Shown piece after piece: positions 57,309 to 64,000 of a DNA stretch of 64,000 nt (position 1 is the stretch's first letter; each line of letters opens with the position of its first letter). The stretch spans positions 6,021-70,020 of the forward strand of contig CAZSUC010000001.1 of assembly GCA_964610055.1 (NCBI GenBank). The letters are read 5' to 3'. A model generated the notes under the pieces. That model saw only the letters and a program-made list of their open reading frames with translations. It did no database searches and was not told where the DNA came from. A program made the translations under genes and the position numbers. The DNA comes from an uncultured Candidatus Saccharibacteria bacterium. Lineage in GTDB: Bacteria; Patescibacteriota; Andersenbacteria; UBA10190.

Positions 57309-59789
57309 CTAACTAATATCAAATAAAGATTCGCTCAAATAATCCTGGCTACCTCCTTTATTATTATCTCGTGGCCCACCTAAGCTAAATCTTTCTAAAA
57401 TTTGCTCCTCAATTATTTCTCGTGATCGACCATATTTTTGGCGAGATAATTCTCTAATCTCCTCTCGTCTTTGACTATCCCCACCCGCTGGCGGCGGAGA
57501 AATTTTCAAACTAAAGGGTCGTGTCGGCGTGCCATCTACCAACAAACGCACTGCTGCCGTAAATCTCTCCAAATTGACTAAATCATATTGCTTAAATACT
57601 GGATCAAATTGTTTCTCCAAAAATTCAGCGTCCTCGACTCCTACCCGATAGCTGACCACCGTTCCTACGTTCCCAAACACCGCTTCTCTAATGCCATCCT
57701 CTAATTGCTGAATAAATTGATGCGTGAGGTTTAAATCCAAATTATATTTCCGGGCTTCCGACAGAATTGTCACTATACTATCTGTCGTAAAATTCTGAAA
57801 CTCATCTAAGTACAGATAGAAATCAGGTCGTTGATCACTCGGTTTATTTGCTCGTCCCAATGCTGCAATTTGAATTTTCGAAACCAAAATAAATCCTAAC
57901 AAGTCAGAATTAATATCACCTAACTGACCTTTAGATAAGTTACATAGTAAAATTTTGCGTTGATCCATAACTTCTCTTACATCAAATGACGATCGCGGTT
58001 GGCCAATCATATTTCGCATCACTCGGTTACCCAAGAAACGCCCTAGTTTACTAATAACATAGCTCAGCATATCCGCTGACATCTGTCCTCGCTGCGACTG
58101 CACAAACTCTTTTTCCCAGAACTGGCGCACCGTTGGATCAACCTGATGTTTTAATATGTTCGCTCTAAACTCTTCATCCACAAACATTCTTGGCACATCT
58201 AATAGAGTCGAGGCTTCATCTTCAACTAAAGCTAATAACGAATTCCTTAAATAATGTTCAAACATGGGACCAATCGATTCCGGATTCAAACGCGCCGCTA
58301 ATTTTTGCAATATCTGCACTACTTCATTTACAACCAGGTCTTTCTGACCAGGATCTTTTGCTTCTAAAATATTAAAACCTAATGGCTTTTCCGTGTCTCT
58401 CGGATCAAACAAAATAACATCCTGCATTCTTTCCGGCGGGATTAATTGCAAAATATCCTCAATTAAATCTCCGTGCGGATCAACCACCCCAACCCCATGT
58501 CCCGCTAAAATATCTTGAACCACCATATTTAAAAATAATGTCGTTTTACCAGTTCCTGTCTGCCCAATTAAATACAAATGTCGCCGCCGATCATCCGCTT
58601 GTAAATGTACCGGTTGACTCACTCCTCGATAAACATTATGCCCTAGCAGTATGCCTTCTTCTGGTAAATTAGCCGGTATTGGCGCTATCTTCGCGCCTCT
58701 CCACAAAATATTTGGTGTTGCTGTAGTTTCCAGCGGAAAATGAAATAACGATGCTAACTCAGTTGTACTCAAAGAACTGGATTTTTTTTGTCGCGGCACA
58801 CGAAAAATTAAGTCGCGTAACCATGCTTTTGAGTTTTTGGTCTTAATTATTTTCAGAGAATTCAAATCTGGTAAATCGTATTGCGCAAAACTTCCTAACA
58901 AAGCATTAAACACTCGATCAGCATCTTCTGGCGCTCTAGTAGAAACTCCGACTCTAATATTCACGTCAAACTGTTGTTGCGATAATTTTTGCTCTACCAA
59001 TTCAACTCTCTGTTGCGCTCGTGGAGTTAATCTTGACCATTCTTCCCGTTCTCGTTGTTTTTCCTCTGTCTTTCGCAACGAATCTCGTGCCGCACCTATC
59101 AATGATTGTTTATTCGCCACATCCATCTGTCGACCACGCATAGTTTTCATTGCCGCCTGTCGGCCTCGTCGCCGCGCCTTCTCTCCACCCGCTCTTAACA
59201 CTAACTGAACTACCGCCGCGTCTAGTCTCTGTATTTTTGCTAACGCCCCTGTAATTGATTGCATCGGATCAGCTTCCAACTCTTTATATGTCGCCAACGG
59301 CAAATGACCATCTTTCTTCAATTTTAAATTTGCTGTCCTGATTGTATCTCCCAACTCGAAAATAGTATGTTCATCCATCCTCTTCACCTCTGCTTCTGGA
59401 TAAAAGGCATATATTTGCTTCTCCAGATGATCTAAATATTTACGCTCCGTTCCCGCATAGAAAACAATCACCCCATCCTCCCGCGCTACAATTTCTAACA
59501 CTATAACTGGCCGTCCATATAACCACTTATTCCATCCTGCCGTTGGTAAATTTGATAAGGTCGATAACCACTGCTCTGCCACCGCAATTCTTTCTTTAAT
59601 TGCATCTCCGACTCCTTCTTCTCGTTCTTCCCGAGTTAAATCTTTTGGCAACGCCACTTGCAACATTTCAATATCCAAGGTACGACGCACTATCGCCTGT
59701 TCTTTCACAACCTGCCAAACAATCATAATAGTAATTACACCTAGTCCTACTAGACCAATTATTAAACTAATTGTAATAAATGGCTCCAT
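57309..59789 (-). CDS. Type IV coupling protein-like ATPase (TraD/TrwB/VirD4 family) with an N-terminal TM and a ~380-aa extra domain
   Basis: GQTGTGKTTLFLNMV...VVDPHGDL (Walker A plus the DPxGD typical of T4CPs) and YLYLDEFQNF Walker B. Confidence 0.6.
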   Translation of the reverse strand: MEPFITISLIIGLVGLGVITIMIVWQVVKEQAIVRRTLDIEMLQVALPKDLTREEREEGVGDAIKERIAVAEQWLSTLSNLPTAGWNKWLYGRPVIVLEIVAREDGVIVFYAGTERKYLDHLEKQIYAFYPEAEVKRMDEHTIFELGDTIRTANLKLKKDGHLPLATYKELEADPMQSITGALAKIQRLDAAVVQLVLRAGGEKARRRGRQAAMKTMRGRQMDVANKQSLIGAARDSLRKTEEKQREREEWSRLTPRAQQRVELVEQKLSQQQFDVNIRVGVSTRAPEDADRVFNALLGSFAQYDLPDLNSLKIIKTKNSKAWLRDLIFRVPRQKKSSSLSTTELASLFHFPLETTATPNILWRGAKIAPIPANLPEEGILLGHNVYRGVSQPVHLQADDRRRHLYLIGQTGTGKTTLFLNMVVQDILAGHGVGVVDPHGDLIEDILQLIPPERMQDVILFDPRDTEKPLGFNILEAKDPGQKDLVVNEVVQILQKLAARLNPESIGPMFEHYLRNSLLALVEDEASTLLDVPRMFVDEEFRANILKHQVDPTVRQFWEKEFVQSQRGQMSADMLSYVISKLGRFLGNRVMRNMIGQPRSSFDVREVMDQRKILLCNLSKGQLGDINSDLLGFILVSKIQIAALGRANKPSDQRPDFYLYLDEFQNFTTDSIVTILSEARKYNLDLNLTHQFIQQLEDGIREAVFGNVGTVVSYRVGVEDAEFLEKQFDPVFKQYDLVNLERFTAAVRLLVDGTPTRPFSLKISPPPAGGDSQRREEIRELSRQKYGRSREIIEEQILERFSLGGPRDNNKGGSQDYLSESLFDIS

Positions 59790-59793
59790 TTTT

Positions 59794-60276
59794 CTACTCC
59801 GCCAAAATTACCAAAATTGCTAGCCCAATTCCTAATACCATTCCTCCTATCAGCAACACCCAGCCAGCTAACGGTTGCTTATTTAACTTAGAAGTTACCA
59901 CTAAATCGTACATCTCACTTGTTAATACATCATGAAAAAGATCTAAATTACGAGGGTAGTTAGGGCTGCTTTGCGCTTGTTTGATAGCTGCAGTCAAATC
60001 TTTTGCAAACGCGGTATTAACTAATATCTGCGCTTCTTCATGCTCTTCTTTAGTATGCTCCCACGGAGACTTAATCGAATCCACTGCCTCTCCTGCAGCC
60101 GCAATTTGCTCCGCCACAATCTCGCCTATTTTTTCTTTAGTTCGATCTACTCCCTTTACTTCATTCTGAGTTTGCAGTCTTTCACCTACTTCTTGCCGAA
60201 AAGATTCCGCTCTTTCTTGATCCGGAAAAACTAAAGTCTCACGTTCCCAATCTGTCCGTTCACGTCTTTTCTCCAT
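59794..60276 (-). CDS. Hypothetical protein with a C-terminal TM helix
   Basis: 160 aa, acidic, with C-terminal WVLLIGGMVLGIGLAILVILA. It has a 4-nt gap to the T4CP gene. Confidence 0.4.
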   Translation of the reverse strand: MEKRRERTDWERETLVFPDQERAESFRQEVGERLQTQNEVKGVDRTKEKIGEIVAEQIAAAGEAVDSIKSPWEHTKEEHEEAQILVNTAFAKDLTAAIKQAQSSPNYPRNLDLFHDVLTSEMYDLVVTSKLNKQPLAGWVLLIGGMVLGIGLAILVILAE

Positions 60277-60298
60277 GCTTACATCATACCACGCCTAT

Positions 60299-61933
60299 CT
60301 ACTTCAATCCGTATTCCCTCTGCTCAATCAACGTTAAATGACGCAATTTCTTTGCTATCACCGGATTAGATTCTGCTATTATTTTTATTGCTTCCTCTCT
60401 CGCGCTTTGTCGTCTTTGATGTAAATAATTCCACCCCGGCACTCTCCTTAAAACATTTTTAATACTCACCATTGTCCGTTGAAATTTAGCCTGAGCATTA
60501 TCACCGTATTGCAAAGTGTCATAATCAACAATATCCCAATACAACCCATTATTTAAATATTTTATAATTTGTCCTTTTTTACTGTCTGGCAAACTACTGC
60601 TCTGTAACTTTTCCACCACGCGATTATCTTCCGCTAGTCTCTCCCAGTCCCCGCCCGCCAACGATTCTCCTTCTGCTTTTAGATAGCCTTCCAATTCAGC
60701 CATTTCAGTTAAATCAGTATCTCGCGCTCGTCTCTCTTCTTTACTCCTCACTGTTTCTTTTCCTTGCCTTTTTAATTCTTCTTTCCTCTGATCAATCATA
60801 CGCCCTATCTGCAATTTACGATCATCGATTTTTTCTTGCGTACTTCTCTCTTTAAATTTGTACAATCTAGTCTTTTCAATCATTCGTATCAACAAACCTT
60901 TTTTATTACTATACAAATGCCTATCATATCTACTACCCCTTCGCGTGAATCCTTTCATTAAACCTTGCATCACCTCATCTTTTCTATCTTTAACTGGCAT
61001 CTGATCTATTACTTCCCATAATTCAGTCTTATTTCCACATTGCTTAGCTATATTTAAAAATGCCATTTCAGCATAAAGTGACAATAATTTAGGATCAATG
61101 TCCTCAATTTTTATATCTTCTCGCGCTGATCCTGCCGCCGGAGTAACTTCATTATTTTTTTCCTTTGACGGTTCACTTTCATTCACAACCCTAGCACCTT
61201 CACGGCCTTCTTTTTTATCATCCTCAGCCTCACCAACCGCCTCCGGCTCAGCTCCTTCAGGCCTCGTATCTTCAGGTTTTGGGTTCATCTCTTCCGCCGG
61301 TCTTTTGATTTCATAAGCCTGATTAAGCCTTTCTAGCATACTCCTAACTAAAGTCGGCAGGTCTTCTATTTGTCGTATGTCTCCATATTCCCTCGATACC
61401 CCTGCTCTAATTTCGGCCCGTTTTTTTCGTTTTTCATCTAGACTCAAATTTTGAAAATCGTTTGCTTCTCGCAGCCATCTTTGACCACGTAATAACAATG
61501 TTATTGATTGTCCCAACAGATATGATTTACGTCCTGCCGCTTCCACTTTATCTGTCTCGTTAGCAACCTTTGGTGCACTACTTACACAAAGTTTAGCTAA
61601 TAAAACCAGTGCCCGAGCTTGATTACGGTCACTACCTACCTTCTTTATCACATCCTCAAAATTAAATCTCCCACCATCTCTAAGCATTGCCCCCGTAATT
61701 TTTTTATAAGCCTCGTTCACCCCCTCACCCTCGCCCTCAAACACACGATCATTAAGTAAGCCAAATAATTTTCCTGATAACGATGATTCTCCTGTTAATA
61801 TTCCATCTACAGCCACTCTCACCTTTTCATTTGTATCCCTATCCTCACTAGACCTATCAACCGTCAATAATTTCCCTACTCTCTCCTCCACGCTAACACC
61901 AGTACCACTGTGTGGATTTACTTCTATCTTCAT
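60299..61933 (-). CDS. Large charged hypothetical protein (544 aa), no recognisable domain
   Basis: Long open frame, coiled-coil-like K/E/R-rich segments, same strand and tight spacing with the two genes downstream. Confidence 0.45.
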   Translation of the reverse strand: MKIEVNPHSGTGVSVEERVGKLLTVDRSSEDRDTNEKVRVAVDGILTGESSLSGKLFGLLNDRVFEGEGEGVNEAYKKITGAMLRDGGRFNFEDVIKKVGSDRNQARALVLLAKLCVSSAPKVANETDKVEAAGRKSYLLGQSITLLLRGQRWLREANDFQNLSLDEKRKKRAEIRAGVSREYGDIRQIEDLPTLVRSMLERLNQAYEIKRPAEEMNPKPEDTRPEGAEPEAVGEAEDDKKEGREGARVVNESEPSKEKNNEVTPAAGSAREDIKIEDIDPKLLSLYAEMAFLNIAKQCGNKTELWEVIDQMPVKDRKDEVMQGLMKGFTRRGSRYDRHLYSNKKGLLIRMIEKTRLYKFKERSTQEKIDDRKLQIGRMIDQRKEELKRQGKETVRSKEERRARDTDLTEMAELEGYLKAEGESLAGGDWERLAEDNRVVEKLQSSSLPDSKKGQIIKYLNNGLYWDIVDYDTLQYGDNAQAKFQRTMVSIKNVLRRVPGWNYLHQRRQSAREEAIKIIAESNPVIAKKLRHLTLIEQREYGLK

Positions 61934-62008
61934 ATTTTCAATATATCACTCAATTTTTCATCACACTATCACTATTTCGACTTTTCTTGTTAAATTTATA
62001 AATACTCC

Positions 62009-63058
62009 ATGCCTCATCCTAAACTCATTTTTTCTCTTTTTAGCACGCTAATTTTAAGTGCTGCTATCGTATTATTTCAGCCTCAGCTTTCTTCTCTGTT
62101 CCATAATTTGTCGTCTGCCAACTCAACCGACTCATCTTCACTGCCTCAACCATTACAAGACTTTACCGGAAATGACACCGGCCAATTAACTTTAGATGGA
62201 ATCTTGGCTGCCACTAATAATTACCGCCAAGAGCAAGGTTTATCGCCGCTTACTCTTAACTCTCAACTTAATCAAGCTGCCATCACTAAAGCTAACGATA
62301 TTTTAGCCAAACAATATTTTGATCATGTTGCCCCCGATGGCACTCAGCCGGCCGATCTAGTCACTGCGACTGGTTATGCCTATTTACGCGTTGGAGAGAA
62401 TCTCGCTCTTGGTAATTTTACTACCGACAATGATTTAGTGTCAGCTTGGATGAATAGTCCTGGTCATCGCGCCAACATTCTCGCTCCTAATTTCAGTGAA
62501 ATCGGTATTGCCGCTGTCGCTGGAACTTACGAAAATCAATTTGCTTGGGTCGCCGTTCAAACCTTCGCTTTACCTACTTCAGCCTGCCCCACGGTCTCTC
62601 CTGATTTACACACTCAAGTAGAAACACTTACTCAAACCGCTACTACTCAACAAAACGATCTTGTTGCTCGTCGAACTAACCTAGAAAATTATCAAACCCA
62701 ACTCCAAGATTTAACCGATCAATTTAACACTTTTGTCGCTTCTGCTAATCAGAAATTAACTGCCGGCAATGAACGTATCGATCAAGGCAATCAAATCATG
62801 CAATCAACTTACGATCCTGATCGCGCTCAAGATGACTGGGATGCCGGCGCCGCCCTCCAATCTGAAAGTCAACAGCTCCAAACACAAGCCGATGAAATTC
62901 GCTTACAGATTAATCATCTCAATACCACCTATTCAACCTATCAAGATGAATACAATCAATTAGTTGATACTTACAACAGCACCGCTGCTAATTTGCGTTC
63001 CTTAACCGAGCAACTCAACGAACAAATTAACGCTTATAACAATTGTATTTCAATCTAA
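62009..63058 (+). CDS. CAP/SCP (PR-1-like) domain protein with an N-terminal TM or signal and a C-terminal Q-rich coiled-coil
   Basis: NNYRQEQGLSPL...GENLALGNF...WMNSPGHRANIL CAP motifs. Confidence 0.6.
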   Translation: MPHPKLIFSLFSTLILSAAIVLFQPQLSSLFHNLSSANSTDSSSLPQPLQDFTGNDTGQLTLDGILAATNNYRQEQGLSPLTLNSQLNQAAITKANDILAKQYFDHVAPDGTQPADLVTATGYAYLRVGENLALGNFTTDNDLVSAWMNSPGHRANILAPNFSEIGIAAVAGTYENQFAWVAVQTFALPTSACPTVSPDLHTQVETLTQTATTQQNDLVARRTNLENYQTQLQDLTDQFNTFVASANQKLTAGNERIDQGNQIMQSTYDPDRAQDDWDAGAALQSESQQLQTQADEIRLQINHLNTTYSTYQDEYNQLVDTYNSTAANLRSLTEQLNEQINAYNNCISI

Positions 63059-64000
63059 CCTTTTGCCTTTTGCCAATTTTTTCCACTCCCTACGTCAACT
63101 TCCAACGGTACATCTAACACTACGACATTCTCCATAACTTCTTTCATAGTTTGCTTAACCTGATCCGCTATGTTTTGTTCCGCCTCAACTACCAATTCAT
63201 CATGAACCGTTAATACCATTTGTGCTTGCCCCGAAAACTGTTGGTCTAATTCCGTCGCTAATTTAATCATGGCTTTCTTTAAAATATCCGCGGCCGTTCC
63301 TTGTAATGGAAAATTATAAGCCGCTCGTTCTGCTTGCGCGCGTATTCCTGGTCTACTCGATTGCATTTCTGGAAAATATCTTCGCCTCCCAAAAATAGTC
63401 TCCGTGTATCCCATTGCCTGCGCCTGTTCAATCATTCTCTCAATCATCATTGTAATTCCCGAATACTGCTTATGATATCGCTCAATAAATGATCGCGCCT
63501 CTTCAACCGATAAACCCGTTTCGCGCGCAAACTTCATTGGTCCCATACCATACAACACTCCAAAATTTAAAGTTTTCGCTGCCCTACGCTGTTGGTCTGT
63601 AACCTCTTGGAGTTCAATCCCATGCACCCAAGCCGCTGTAGCTCGATGAATATCTTCTCCTTGTCGAAACGCTTCTTTCATTTTTTCATCACCTGACACA
63701 TGAGCCGCAATCCGTAATTCCAACTGAGAATAATCCGCCTTTATTAAAACCTTACCTTCCGGCGCAATAAAAGCAGCTCTAATTTCCTGGCCTAATTCAG
63801 TTCTCGCCGGAATATTTTGTAAATTCGGATCTGATGAACTTAAACGCCCCGTCGCCGTAACTGTTTGATTAAAAGAAGTATATACCCGCCCTGTTTCTTT
63901 ATCTGCTAATTCTGGCAATGTCACGATATAAGTACTGAGTAATTTACTCAATTCTCGTTGTTCCTGTATTAATCCAATAATCGGATGTTGTCCCTCTAAT
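63055..64000 (-). CDS. polA: DNA polymerase I, C-terminal polymerase domain (partial; the 5' end is beyond the window)
   Basis: Motif A DYSQLELR, motif B RRAAKTLNFGVLYG and motif C VHDELV. The frame stays open to the window end. Confidence 0.9.
   Translation of the reverse strand, partial: LEGQHPIIGLIQEQRELSKLLSTYIVTLPELADKETGRVYTSFNQTVTATGRLSSSDPNLQNIPARTELGQEIRAAFIAPEGKVLIKADYSQLELRIAAHVSGDEKMKEAFRQGEDIHRATAAWVHGIELQEVTDQQRRAAKTLNFGVLYGMGPMKFARETGLSVEEARSFIERYHKQYSGITMMIERMIEQAQAMGYTETIFGRRRYFPEMQSSRPGIRAQAERAAYNFPLQGTAADILKKAMIKLATELDQQFSGQAQMVLTVHDELVVEAEQNIADQVKQTMKEVMENVVVLDVPLEVDVGSGKNWQKAKG

Overview
The window is a 64-kb chromosomal segment from a small-genome, moderately AT-rich bacterium. 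Gene content is consistent with a Patescibacteria/CPR-like organism, but this is an inference. Supporting signs are a truncated TsaB, three large PMT/ArnT-type (GT39-like) membrane glycosyltransferases, a FemAB-family gene next to a Mur ligase, pilin-like proteins without a canonical prepilin leader, orphan solute-binding proteins, and many genes without a Shine-Dalgarno sequence.

Most of the window is housekeeping. There is DNA repair and replication (uvrA and uvrC divergent, uvrB, recA, ruvA, ftsK, rodZ-like, partial polA, holA, a DnaQ-like exonuclease). There is transcription and translation (rpoB-rpoC, rpsF-ssb-rpsR, rpsT, truB, trpS, ychF, RNase J, tsaB, one tRNA-Leu(CAG)). There is cell-wall synthesis (PBP1A, Mur ligase, FemAB) and a sugar-nucleotide/glycosylation set (gmd plus a reductase, phosphomannomutase, PGI/PMI, an RHH-nucleotidyltransferase). 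There are also glutamate dehydrogenase, a ZnuA-like and an OppA-like SBP, ArsR, a glutaredoxin-like protein, CsrA, YbjQ and an RNHCP zinc-ribbon protein.

The accessory or unusual content is as follows:
1. A LAGLIDADG homing endonuclease whose 3' end reads into tRNA-Leu, followed by a high-GC3 leaderless Cys-rich mini-ORF.
2. A ~0.7-kb GC-rich insertion flanked by perfect 30-bp direct repeats, carrying one SD-led 110-aa ORF with its own promoter and terminator.
3. An orphan type IV coupling protein (TraD/VirD4-like) in an operon with two unknown proteins.
4. An ATP-cone-Mrr (PD-(D/E)xK) nuclease.
5. A 76-bp direct duplication of the 5' end of a small membrane-protein gene.
6. A ~0.5-kb GC-richer non-coding stretch with an SD-led 45-aa ORF and an intrinsic terminator.

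I recognised no rRNA, CRISPR array, transposase or integrase. Coordinates of features that are not in the ORF track are my own reading and may be off by 1-2 nt.
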